A stretch of DNA of 64,000 nucleotides from Ranitomeya imitator (taxonomy: Eukaryota), in the NCBI RefSeq assembly GCF_032444005.1, contig NC_091285.1, positions 516,274,001-516,338,000 on the forward strand, read 5' to 3'. The position numbers were made by a program, and so were the translations under genes. The notes under the pieces are model-generated. The model was given only the letters and a program-made list of their open reading frames with translations. It was not told where the DNA came from and did not search any database. This document shows, piece by piece, positions 24,668-36,179 of this stretch; position 1 is the stretch's first letter; every line of letters begins with the position of its first letter.

Positions 24668-26531
24668 TTAACTGTCCTGCGGTATTTGAAGTAAGGCATA
24701 AAGTCAGTTACTTCCTCGGTGTCCCGGGCACCGGCTACGCGCCTCAGTAGGATGTTTCCGTTCTCCGGGCACGACTCCTACTGGCTCTCCTTTGTGCTTG
24801 ATCTCGTTTCTCACTGTCCACAATATCCTTCGCTTCATGTCCTTTCTAAGGATACCGCCGCAAGGTAGTGCAGGCACGGTTCCGTTTCGTTCTGTTCTTG
24901 TCGCTAGGTACCTGCCAGGTTCCCACGCCTGACAGTGACCCCCCTGAATCTTCCCCCGCAAAACCCCCTGCCACGGGATGTTGCCTGGACAAAACCCAGT
25001 CAGCTTCTGACTAACTTCCTATCCAACCCCTAGTTTTACGAGTGTGAGGAGTGGCCTAATAAATAAAATCTTTTGCTCCCCCTAGTGGTCGGAGTGTGAA
25101 GTATACTGTGTGCTGGTGATACCTGGTCAGATGAACTCCTTTAGTGCCATCAGACGTACCATCACTCCCCTTAGTGGCAGAGCGATACTACTGCAACGAC
25201 CAGGTCTCTGGGGCGCTGCACTCCCCCCCCGGTTAAATCCAGTACTCCTGGACTGGGAAGAAGAACAACAATACTTATTAGCAAAAGACATGCAAATTTT
25301 TGAAATGCAAGGAAAATGTAACAATGCTTCCCTTTATGGGAGGTGAGGACACTTGAACGTTACAAACGAAAACAAATTTAAATATTTTAAATAACACTCT
25401 GACTATAAATAACTTCTGGTATGCAGTCGGGTATTCTACTAAGTGCAAATTCTGAACAATAATTTAACTTTTTCCTTTAAGGGTGTATAGGCTCAACCCA
25501 CTAAAGGCTTACTATAAAATACTATAAGGCAAACTTAACTTTTTCTTTACTTTTCTAACTTCACAAATGCAGGACCGCATAGCTCCTTGTCTGGGCATAC
25601 TGCTATCTGTTCTTCTGTCAGCGCAACTAACCATCTTTCTATGGTTCTCAGGAGGACTCTCTAACCCCCATGGGTTCACTATGTTGAAATTCAGCTTCCA
25701 ACTTTTCCTGTCCTCAATCTCTAGTAACATTATTAACATTTCCTAAATCTCAACAATTTAACTTTGTTAAGGCAACATTATACTTAAGCCCTTAGCGACC
25801 GCCGATACGCCTTTTAACGGCGGCCGCTAAGGGTACTTAAACCACAGCCCCGTTAATTAACGGCGCTGTGGAAAAAGTAAATAGCGCCCCCCAGAGTCGG
25901 ATTTTCTCCGGGGTCTCGGCTGCCGGGGGTAGCCGAGACCCCAGAGAACATGATTCGGGGTTTTTTTAACCCACCCCGCATTTGCGATCGCCGGTAATTA
26001 ACCTTTTACCGGTGATCGCAAAAAAAGCAACAAAACGCAATCTCGTTTTAATTTCTTCTGTCCTCCGATGTGATCGCACATTGGAGGACAGAGAAAATGG
26101 GTCCCAGGCAGCCCCCCAATACTTACCTATCTCCCCCGATGCTCCTCGTGGCTCCCGGTGGGCGCCGCCATCTTCAAAATGGCGGGCACATGCGCAGTGC
26201 GCCCGCCGGCCGGCCCCGCGAGAATCTTTGGGGTCTCGGCTGCCGGGGGTAGCCGAGACCCCAAAGAGCATGATCGGGGTCGGTTTTACCGACCCCTGTT
26301 TTGCGATCGCCGGTAATTAACTGTTTACCGGCGATCGCAAAAAAAAAAGTCAAAGTGTAATTCTCAGTCCTCTGATGTGATCGCAGAGGACAGAGAAATA
26401 GGGGGATTCGGAGACCCTGCCATACTCACCTGTGTCCCTGGGTCCTCCTGCTGCTCCTCCTGGCCGCCGGCAAAAGAAAATGGCGGGCGCATGCATCTGT
26501 CTCCATCTGCCGGCCGGCAGGAGAAGAGCAA

Positions 26532-26799
26532 NNNNNNNNNNNNNNNNNNNNNNNNNNNNNNNNNNNNNNNNNNNNNNNNNNNNNNNNNNNNNNNNNNNNN
26601 NNNNNNNNNNNNNNNNNNNNNNNNNNNNNNNNNNNNNNNNNNNNNNNNNNNNNNNNNNNNNNNNNNNNNNNNNNNNNNNNNNNNNNNNNNNNNNNNNNNN
26701 NNNNNNNNNNNNNNNNNNNNNNNNNNNNNNNNNNNNNNNNNNNNNNNNNNNNNNNNNNNNNNNNNNNNNNNNNNNNNNNNNNNNNNNNNNNNNNNNNNN
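26532..26799. other. Assembly gap (268 N)
   Basis: Run of n. Confidence 1.
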
Positions 26800-27503
26800 G
26801 GCTAAATTTAGGGTTAGGGTTGGGGCTAAATTTAGGGTTAGGCTTCTTTCACACTTACGTCAGTACGGGGCCGTCGCAATGCATCGGCCCGACATACCGA
26901 CACACGTTGTGAAAATTGTGCACAACGTGGGCAGCGGATGCAGTTTTTCAACGCATACATACACACATACAAAAAAACGTTACATTGAACGTTTTTTTGT
27001 GCTGACGGTCCGCCAAAACACTGATCCAGTGCACGACAGACGCGACGTGTGGCCATCCGTCACGATCCGTCGGCAATACAAGTCTATGGGCAAAAAACGC
27101 ATCCTGCGGGCACATTTGCAGGATCCGTTTCTTGTCCAAAACGACGGATTGCGACGGATGCCAAACAACGCAAGTGTGAAAGTAGCCTTAGGGCTAGGGT
27201 TAGGGTTGGGGCTAAAGTTAGGGCTAGGGTTGGGGCTAAAGTTAGGGTTAGAGTTTGGATTAGGGTTAGGGTTTGGATTAGGGTTGGTATTAGGGTTAGG
27301 GTTGGCATTAGGGTTACACTTGGGATTAGGGTTAGGTTTGGGATTAGGGTTAAGGTTAGGGTTGTGATTAGGGGTGTATTGGGATTAGGGTTAGGTTTGA
27401 GGTTAGGGTTGAGATTAGGATTAGGGGTGTGTTGGATTTAGGGTTTTGATTAGGGTTATGGTTAGGGTTGACATTAGGGTTGTTTTGGGGTAAGGGTTGT
27501 GAT
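26800..27503 (+). repeat. Degenerate telomere-like (TTAGGG)n tract, left part
   Basis: TTAGGG with TTGGGG, CTAGGG and GCTAAA variants; continues at 40108. Confidence 0.9.
26841..27187. mobile_element. PIF/Harbinger-like MITE, 347 bp
   Basis: TIRs GGCTTCTTTCACAC / GTGTGAAAGTAGCC; TSD TTA (26838-40 / 27188-90). Confidence 0.82.
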
Positions 27504-29227
27504 TAGAGTTGAGCGACCTTGACCTTTTTAGAGTCGAGCCGGGTTTTGCGAAACCCGACTATGTCCAAAGTCGGGTCGAGTGAAATCGGCCGATTATGAC
27601 GTAAAGTCGGGATCGACCGAAACACGAAACCCAATGCAAGTCAATGGGGCAGCATAGTCGGCAGTGAGTGGGGGCCAGGAAAACACCTAGAGTGGCCATT
27701 TTAATGTCAAAACCATCCATTCTTCTTAATGAAGCTTGTCAAGCGTAATTTACCTTATAATAATTGGAAGGCATTTGAAATTGGGGGTCATTTGGCTAAA
27801 GTTGTGGGGGGTAGGGCTGGTTCAAGTAATTAGTGGGCCCAGGAAATCTGGACCACGTCACGGCAGTGGAGCAGGGAGAGGTAAGTATTTCAACTTTGCA
27901 AGTGCTGTGAACCTGAGCAAGCAGGGGGGGCCCACTCGTTGGCATTGGCACTGGCACAGGGCCCCTCAAAGTACAGCGGTGTGTTTGCACGGTGGGGGCG
28001 CCTCCCACCGGCAGCAACACTTTTGCGTACTATGAGAGGCCCTGTGCCAGTGACGTCGCCAACTAGTATTCCTCCCCCCACCTGATGAAGGAACCTGCAC
28101 TTTCATCTGCACCTTCCTCTTTGTCCCCGTGTAAGGTGGTATGGTATGCGGGAAGAGCAACCTGACTTTCAGCAGGGTCACAATGTTGTTGTGTAGCGTG
28201 CACGGGGAATGTTGCGTTATGGGTCAATGTACCAGCAGACTCATCTATCACTGGCTGGGCAATGGGCACGATGAAGTGGAAACACAGATATAGGCCCAAA
28301 GAAGAAAGTGGGCTAAATGCAGTTCAAAATTGGTAACACAGGAATAACCAGGGGGCATTGCAGTGGAGGACAACTGGAATGAGAGGCTGACACAGAGAGT
28401 AGGGCCAAATCAGTAAGTAGTCGAAATGCAGTTCAAAATTGGCAACCGTAGTAAACAGGCGGCACAGCTTTGTTCAGTGGAGGAGAACAGCAAGGAGTGG
28501 CAGACACCGATAGTAGGCCCCAAACCAACTAGTACGCCAAATGCAGTTGTTCCATTTAACCACAATTTAATGAGAGCCTGAAGATAGAAGCTCAGGAAAG
28601 GCAACCTGGGGAACACCTTGGAGTGTAACACACCATCTCTCTACACCCCATACCCAATTTGAAGGCCTAATGCAGAGTAGTTTCCAAGAACTACTAAACG
28701 AGAGCCGGAAGATCGAAGCTCAGGAAAGGCAACCTGGGGAACACCTTGGAGTGTAACACAACGTCTCTCTACACGACGGAAGGGCTGATTCTTAGGAAGG
28801 AAGGCTGTTGGAAATAAGCATTGCGCGTCCGAGGGTGATTATATTCTTATTAGGTATATACTCACCCTCGGACGCGCCCTGCTTCTTTATTTGGAATGAA
28901 TGTTTATTTGCAATGTGGTGTTGACTTTCTCTATTATTTTGGTAATTAATGATTTTATTATTTTCATTATTTTGCATCTTCTCGGCAATAATATAAAGAA
29001 GACGCGACAGGACAACACTCGGTGGATGCCATATGTGTGTTTTCAATTTAAAAAAACTTTCAGTTAACTACTTGCAGGAGAAAGTAATTGTAGCTGGTGG
29101 CCATTTTTAGTACTGTACCAGATTTTAGTTGTGTGTTTGTTTTTAATGTTAAAATGTCTGCATTTGATATCTCACCAGTATTTTCTTTTTTATAAGCAAA
29201 ATACTTATTTTTATATTTTCTGATGTT

Positions 29228-30538
29228 GGTTCCAGGGGTACACGGCCAGCAGTGCCCTGGTCAGTGTAGTAGTAGTTGAAAGAATGGACCGCAGACAGGC
29301 ATCGAAGGCCTAAAATAATAACACATGGCTGTAGGCAATTTTAAATTGGTTCCAGGGGTACACGGACAGCAGTGGTGTGGTCAGTGGAGGCCTAGTGGAA
29401 GGAGTGACCGCAGACAGGCATCGAAGGCCTAAAATAATAACACATGGCTGTAGGCAATTTTAAATTGGTTCCAGGGGTACACGGACAGCAGTGGTGTGGT
29501 CAGTGGAGGCCTAGTGGAAGGAGTGACCGCAGACAGGCATCGAAGGCCTAAAATAATAACACATGGCTGTAGGCAATTTTAAATTGGTTCCAGGGGTACA
29601 CGGACAGCAGTGGTGTGGTCAGTGGAGGCCTAGTGGAAGGAGTGACCGCAGACAGGCATCGAAGGCCTAAAATAATAACACATGGCTGTAGGCAATTTTA
29701 AATTGGTTCCAGGGGTACACGGACAGCAGTGACCTGGTCAGTGTAGTAGTAGTTGAAAGAATGGACCGCAGACAGGCATCGAAGGCCTAAAATAAAAAAA
29801 TTGGGCTGGCTGTAGGCAATTTTAAATTGGTTCCAGGGGTACACGGGCAGCAGTGACCTGGTCAGTGTAGTAGTAGTTGAAAGAATGGACCGCAGACAGG
29901 CTTAGAAGGCCTAACATAACAAACTTGGGCTGGCTGTAGGCACTTTTAAATTGGTTCCAGGGGTACACGGGCAGCAGTGGTCTGGTCAGTGGAAGTCTAG
30001 TGGAAGGAGTGACCGCAGACAGGCTTCCAAGGCCTAACATAACAAACTTGGGCTGGCTGTAGGCACTTTTAAATTGGTTCCAGGGGTACACGGGCAGCAG
30101 TGGTCTGGTCAGTGGAAGTCTAGTGGAAGGAGTGACCGCAGACAGGCTTCCAAGGCCTAACATAACAAACTTGGGCTGGCTGTAGGCACTTTTAAATTGG
30201 TTCCAGGGGTACACGGGCAGCAGTGGTCTGGTCAGTGGAAGTCTAGTGGAAGGAGTGACCGCAGACAGGCTTCGAAGGCCTAACATAACAAAATTGGGCT
30301 GGCTGTAGGCACTTTAAATTGGTTCCAGGGGTACATGGGCAGCAGTGTATGGTCAGTGGAAGTCTAGTGGAAGGAGTGACGGCAGACAGTCTTCGAAGGC
30401 CTAACATAACAAAATTGGGCTGACTGTAGGCACTTTTAAATTGGTTCCAGGGTAACACGGCCAGCAGTGGCCTGGTCAGTGTAGTAGTTGTAGAAAGAAG
30501 GGACCGCAGACAGGCTTCGAAGGCCTAACATAACAAAA
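29228..30538. repeat. ~120-bp tandem array inside the hAT (11 copies, 119-124 bp)
   Basis: GGTTCCAGGGGTACAC recurs at 29228, 29348, 29467, 29586, 29705, 29829, 29953, 30076, 30199, 30321, 30443. Confidence 0.95.
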
Positions 30539-30997
30539 ATGTCAAAACAATGGTATTGTCAGTGCCAGGCATTGAAGGATGTCAGCGGCTAGACTACACA
30601 TTGGTGAAGCTGTGAGAGATAATTTTGCTAGTGGTAGAGCACTGTTTGAGCTGGGGGGGGGAACTGTCTTGTGGCCGGCGGTACAGGCACAGGGCCCCTC
30701 ATATTACAACGGTGTGTCTGACGTTGGGTGCGCACCACCACCGCCAGAGACACTTTATTGTACTATGAGGGACCCAGTGGCAGTGCCGTCGACCAAAAGC
30801 GGCCACACCCACCTCTTCAGACAAACAGCACTCTCAAGGGTCCAAGCGCAAAGTGGCGATAGCACGGCCCCGTGTGGGGAGTTTGGCCATTTCGTGAGGT
30901 GGAAACATGTCGTATGCTGGACAATCAGGTGAAGAAAATTACGAGATTGGAAAAGTCATTCAGAATAGTCCACAGGCAAGACCTTTTCATAGGAAAG

Positions 30998-33900
30998 CTA
31001 GGTGTCAGCCGGGCAGGGTGGGGCAAAAGATTTTGAAATCCAGTTGTGGTTCATTTTAATGAAGGTTAGATCATCTACATTTTGGGTAGCCAGACGAGTC
31101 CTTTTTTCTGTTAGTATTGAACCTGCAGCACTGAATACTCTTTCTGATAGGACACTAGCTGCCGGGCAAGCAAGCTCCTGCAATGCATATTCTGCCAATT
31201 CTGGCCAGGTGTCTAATTTGGATGCCCAGTAATCAAATGGGAATGACGGTTGAGGGAGAACGTCGATAAGGGATGAAAAATAGTTTGTAACCATACTGGA
31301 CAAATGTTGTCTCCTGTCACTTTGAATTGATGCTGCAGTACCTGTCCTGTCTGCGGTCATAGAAAAATCACTCCACAACCTGGTCAGAAAACCCCTCTGT
31401 CCAACGCCACTTCTGATTTCTGCCCCTCTAACACCTCTGGTCTGCTGGCCCCTGGAGCTTGTGTGAGAACGATCACGGGCGCTGTGTGCAGGGAATGCCA
31501 GAAGCAAACGGTCAACAAGAGTTGATTGTTTTGTTGCTAATATTAGTTCCAAGTTCTCATGTGGCATAATATTTTGCAATTTGCCTTTATAGCGAGGATC
31601 AAGGAGGCAGGCCAACCAGTAATCGTCATCGTTCATCATTTTTGTAATGCGTGTGTCCCTTTTGAGGATACGCAAGGCATAATCCGCCATGTGGGCCAAA
31701 GTTCCCGTTGTCAAATCTGCGGTTGTGCTTGGTTGAGGGGCAGTTGCAGGCAAATCTACGTCACTTGTGTCCCTCAAAAAACCAGAACCCGGCCTTGCCA
31801 CGCCACCAATTTCCCGTGCCCCCGGGAAAGCTTCCTCATTAAAAATATACTCATCCCCATCATCCTCCTCATCCTCCACCTCCTCTTCGCCCGGTACCTC
31901 GTCATGTACACTGCCCTGACCAGACAATCGCTGACTGTCATCAAGGCTTTCCTCTTCCTCTGGTGCAGACGCCTGATCCTTTATGTGCGTCAAACTTTGC
32001 ATCAGCAGACGCATTAGGGGGATGCTCATGCTTATTATGGCGTTGTCTGCACTAACCAGCCGTGTGCATTCCTCAAAACACTGAAGGACTTGACACATGT
32101 CTTGAATCTTCGACCACTGCACACCTGACAACTCCATGTCTGCCATCCTACTGCCTGCCCGTGTATGTGTATCCTCCCACAAAAACATAACAGCCCGCCT
32201 CTGTTCGCACAGTCTCTGAAGCATGTGCAGTGTTGAGTTCCACCTTGTTGCAACGTCTATGATTAGGCGATGCTGGGGAAGGTTCAAAGAACGCTGATAG
32301 GTCTGCATACGGCTGGAGTGTACAGGCGAACGGCGGATATGTGCGCAAAGTCCACGCACTTTGAGGAGCAGGTCGGATAACCCCGGATAACTTTTCAGGA
32401 AGCACTGCACCACCAGGTTTAAGGTGTGAGCCAGGCAAGGAATGTGTTTCAGTTGGGAAAGGGAGATGGCAGCCATGAAATTCCTTCCGTTATCACTCAC
32501 TACCTTGCCTGCCTCAAGATCTACAGTGCCCAGCCACGACTGCGTTTCTTGCTGCAAGAACTCGGACAGAACTTCCGCGGTGTGTCTATTGTCGCCCAAA
32601 CACTTCATAGCCAATACAGCCTGCTGACGTATGCCAGTAGCTGCCCCATAATGGGAGACCTGGTGTGCAACAGTGGCAGGTGCGGATGGAGTGTTTGTGC
32701 GACTGCGGTCTGTGGACGAGCTCTTGCTTCTGCAGGAGGACGAGGAGGAGGAGGAGGAGGGGGTGCGAACGGCTACAGACAACTGTTTACTAGACCGTGG
32801 GCTAGGCAGAACTGTCCCAAACTTGCTGTCCCCTGTGGACCCTGAATCCACCACATTTACCCAGTGTGCCGTGATGGACACGTAACGTCCCTGGCCATGC
32901 CTACTGGTCCATGCATCTGTTGTCAGGTGCACCTTTGTGCTCACAGATTGCCTGAGTGCATGGACGATGCGCTCTTTAACATGCTGGTGGAGGGCTGGGA
33001 TGGCTTTTCTGGAAAAAAAGTGTCGACTGGGTAGCTCGTAGCGTGGTACAGCGTAGTCCATCAGGTCTTTGAAAGCTTCGCTTTCAACTAACCGGTAGGG
33101 CATCATCTCTAACGAGATTAGTCTAGCTATGTGGGCGTTCAAACCCTGTGTACGCGGATGCGAGGCTAAGTATTTCCTTTTTCTAACCATAGTCTCATGT
33201 AGGGTGAGCTGGACTGGAGAGCTGGAGATCGTGGAACTAGCGGGGGTGCCGGTGGACATGGCAGACTGAGAGACGGTGGGAGATGGTATTGTTGCCGCCG
33301 GTGCCCTAGATGCAGTGTTTCCTACTACGAAACTGGTGATTCCCTGACCCTGACTGCTTTGGCCTGGCAAAGATACCTGCACAGATACAGCAGGTGGTGC
33401 GCTAAATGGTGGTCCTACACTGCCGGAAGGGATGTTGCGTTGATGACTAGCTTCATTGGCCGAGGGTGCAACAACCTTAAGGGACGTTTGGTAGTTAGTC
33501 CAAGCTTTCAAATGCATGGTGGTTAAATGTCTATGCATGCAACTAGTATTGAGACTTTTCAGATTCTGACCTCTGCTTAAGGAAGTAGAACATTTTTGAC
33601 AGATGACTTTGCGCTGATCAATTGGATGTTGTTTAAAAAAATGCCAGACTGCACTCTTTCTAGCATCGGATACCTTTTCAGGCATTGCAGACTGAGCTTT
33701 AACCGGATGGCCACGCTGTCCTCCACCAGGTTTTGGCTTTGCCACGCGTTTTGGGCAAGATACGGGCCCGGCAGATGGAACCTGTGGCGATGTTGATGCC
33801 TGCTGCGACCCCTCCTCCTCCTCTGCTTCAGAACTGCTGCCGCCTGCACCCTGTTCCCCCAATGGCTGCCAATCGGGGTCAAGAACTGGGTCATCTAATA

Positions 33901-34573
33901 ACTCTTCTTGTACCTCCTGCGCAACTTCGTCTGTGTCACCGTGTCGTTCGGTGGTATAGCGTTCGTGATGGGGCAACATAGTCTCATCAGGGTCTGATTC
34001 TTGATCAGCACCCTGCGAGGGCAATGTTGTGGTCTGAGTCAAAGGACCAGCATAGTAGTCTGGCTGTGGCTGTGCGTCAGTGCACTCCATGTCAGATTCA
34101 ATTTGTAATGGGCATGGACTGTTAACTGCTTCACTTTCTAAGCCAGGGACGGTATGTGTAAAGAGCTCCATGGAGTAACCCGTTGTGTCGCCTGCTGCAT
34201 TCTTCTCTGTTGTTGTTTTTGCTGAAGAGGACAAGGAAGTGACTTGTCCCTGACCGTGAACATCCACTAACGACGCGCTGCTTTTACTTTTACCAGTTTC
34301 ACGAGATGAGGCAAAAGAGCTAGAGGCTGAGTCAGCAAGATAAGCCAAAACTTGCTCTTGCTGCTCCGGCTTTAAAAGCGGTTTTCCTAATCCCAGAAAA
34401 GGGAGCGTTCGAGGCCTTGTGTAGCCGGACGACGAACCTGGCTCCACAGCTCCAGACTTAGGTGCAATATTTTTTCCCCCACGACCACCTGATGCTCCAC
34501 CACTACCACTACCCTCATTACCAGCTGACAATGAACGCCCCCGGCCACGACCTCTTCCACTAGACTTCCTCAT
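30998..34573 (-). CDS. hAT transposase (ZBED-like: BED zinc finger, DDE RNase H core, hATC dimerization domain), 1191 aa
   Basis: BED finger VWHFF...CQKC...MHRHLTTMH; catalytic LTTDAW, VVSDNG and SVLSERVFS; CLAH (CxxH) and TRWNS motifs; uninterrupted ORF. Confidence 0.95.
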   Translation of the reverse strand: MRKSSGRGRGRGRSLSAGNEGSGSGGASGGRGGKNIAPKSGAVEPGSSSGYTRPRTLPFLGLGKPLLKPEQQEQVLAYLADSASSSFASSRETGKSKSSASLVDVHGQGQVTSLSSSAKTTTEKNAAGDTTGYSMELFTHTVPGLESEAVNSPCPLQIESDMECTDAQPQPDYYAGPLTQTTTLPSQGADQESDPDETMLPHHERYTTERHGDTDEVAQEVQEELLDDPVLDPDWQPLGEQGAGGSSSEAEEEEGSQQASTSPQVPSAGPVSCPKRVAKPKPGGGQRGHPVKAQSAMPEKVSDARKSAVWHFFKQHPIDQRKVICQKCSTSLSRGQNLKSLNTSCMHRHLTTMHLKAWTNYQTSLKVVAPSANEASHQRNIPSGSVGPPFSAPPAVSVQVSLPGQSSQGQGITSFVVGNTASRAPAATIPSPTVSQSAMSTGTPASSTISSSPVQLTLHETMVRKRKYLASHPRTQGLNAHIARLISLEMMPYRLVESEAFKDLMDYAVPRYELPSRHFFSRKAIPALHQHVKERIVHALRQSVSTKVHLTTDAWTSRHGQGRYVSITAHWVNVVDSGSTGDSKFGTVLPSPRSSKQLSVAVRTPSSSSSSSSCRSKSSSTDRSRTNTPSAPATVAHQVSHYGAATGIRQQAVLAMKCLGDNRHTAEVLSEFLQQETQSWLGTVDLEAGKVVSDNGRNFMAAISLSQLKHIPCLAHTLNLVVQCFLKSYPGLSDLLLKVRGLCAHIRRSPVHSSRMQTYQRSLNLPQHRLIIDVATRWNSTLHMLQRLCEQRRAVMFLWEDTHTRAGSRMADMELSGVQWSKIQDMCQVLQCFEECTRLVSADNAIISMSIPLMRLLMQSLTHIKDQASAPEEEESLDDSQRLSGQGSVHDEVPGEEEVEDEEDDGDEYIFNEEAFPGAREIGGVARPGSGFLRDTSDVDLPATAPQPSTTADLTTGTLAHMADYALRILKRDTRITKMMNDDDYWLACLLDPRYKGKLQNIMPHENLELILATKQSTLVDRLLLAFPAHSARDRSHTSSRGQQTRGVRGAEIRSGVGQRGFLTRLWSDFSMTADRTGTAASIQSDRRQHLSSMVTNYFSSLIDVLPQPSFPFDYWASKLDTWPELAEYALQELACPAASVLSERVFSAAGSILTEKRTRLATQNVDDLTFIKMNHNWISKSFAPPCPADT

Positions 34574-34859
34574 TGTTTTAAAAACGTAACCAAACTAACG
34601 TTATTTGTTGCAGTCACACAACTTACACGGTGAGCTATAACTTCAGTATGATTTAGCTACCCCTTTACAGGTTGGTGAGACCACAGCGAAAATCAGGCCC
34701 AATGTTACACACTCTTTTTTTGGTGGCTGCAAATTAGAGAGATGCCCCACACGCAGGACTGTCACTGAAGCACAAATGTTAATATTAATGTCACACTATT
34801 ATTTTTTTTTTATTTTTATTTTTTTCAGGAACACTTTAGAAACCCCCCCAAAAAAAAAA

Positions 34860-35157
34860 AATAGATTTTTGCAGGGAGAATTTAGAAAACAAATGTAACA
34901 AACTATATGCTTTCTATGGGCCACTGAGTGAGAGATGACGCACACAGGAATCAGGAGTGGCACACAAGCCCAGAGGCCAATATTTTTCTACCAATGATTG
35001 ATGGAGTTATTTTCTCTGGTAGATTTTGGAACCCAAATCAAGGAAAAAAAATGTAGGCTTTCTATGGACCACAATTGGAGAGAGAGAGAGAGAGAGATGG
35101 CACACCCAGGAGTCAAGACTGGCACACAAGCAGAAAGGCCAATATTAATCTCCCACT

Positions 35158-35191
<34 letters not shown>

Positions 35192-35482
35192 CAGGGAGAC
35201 TTTAGAAAAAAAAATAATAAAAAAAATATGATTTTATCAGGAAGAATTTAGAAACCAAATAAAATAAAATGATTTTTTCAGGGAGAATTTATAAAACAAA
35301 TAAAAACAAAAATAGGCGTTCTATGGCCCACTGACTGAGAGATGACGCACACAGGAGTCAGGAGTGGCACACAAACCCAGAGGCCAATATTTTTCTACCA
35401 ATGATTGATGTAGTTATTTTCTCTGGTAGATTTTAGAACCCAAATCAAGGAAAAAAAATATAGGCTTTCTATGGACCACAAT

Positions 35483-35527
<45 letters not shown>

Positions 35528-36134
35528 CACCCAGGAGTCAAGACTGGCACACAAGCAGAAAGGCCAATATTAATCTCCCACTGTTTTTTTTGGTTGTTTT
35601 TTTTTTTTTTTTTTCAGGGAGACTTTAGAAAAAAAAATAATAAAAAAAATATGATTTTATCAGGAAGAATTTAGAAACCAAATAAAATAAAATGATTTTT
35701 TCAGGGAGAATTTATAAAACAAATAAAACCAAAAATAGGCGTTCTATGGCCCACTGACTGAGAGATGACGCACCCAGGAGTCAAGACTGGCACACAAGCA
35801 GAAAGGCCAATATTAATCTCCCACTGTTTTTTTTTTTTTTTTTCAGGGAGACTTTAGAAAAAAAAATAATAAAAAAAATATGATTTTATCAGGAAGAATT
35901 TAGAAACCAAATAAAATAAAATGATTTTTTCAGGGAGAATTTAGAAAACAAATAAAACCAAAAATAGGCGTTCTATGGCCCACTGACTGAGAGATGACGC
36001 ACACAGGAGTCAGGAGTGGCACACAAACCCAGAGGCCAATATTTTTCTACCAATGATTGATGTAGTTATTTTCTCTGGTAGATTTTAGAACCCAAATCAA
36101 GGAAAAAAAATATAGGCTTTCTATGGACCACAAT

Positions 36135-36179
<45 letters not shown>

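Larger units (their letters stand above)
22889..25220 (-). repeat. 3' LTR (contains a 1055-bp insertion)
   Basis: TG...CA with 11-bp terminal inversion (1 mismatch); 24740-25220 matches 43599-44079 (16 differences in 481 bp by manual alignment). Confidence 0.85.

Noticed and set aside
26377-27441. ORFs with X runs and GLGLGL/VRVRV repeats
   Set aside because: Translation of the N gap and TTAGGG-like repeats.
26800-27503. True telomere or chromosome fusion site next to the gap
   Set aside because: Repeats are degenerate, single-orientation and embedded in a transposon, continuing at 40108 across the hAT TSD.
30998-34573. Domesticated host gene (ZBED4/ZBED6-like)
   Set aside because: Bounded by TIRs and a perfect 8-bp TSD and nested inside other elements; no symbol assigned.
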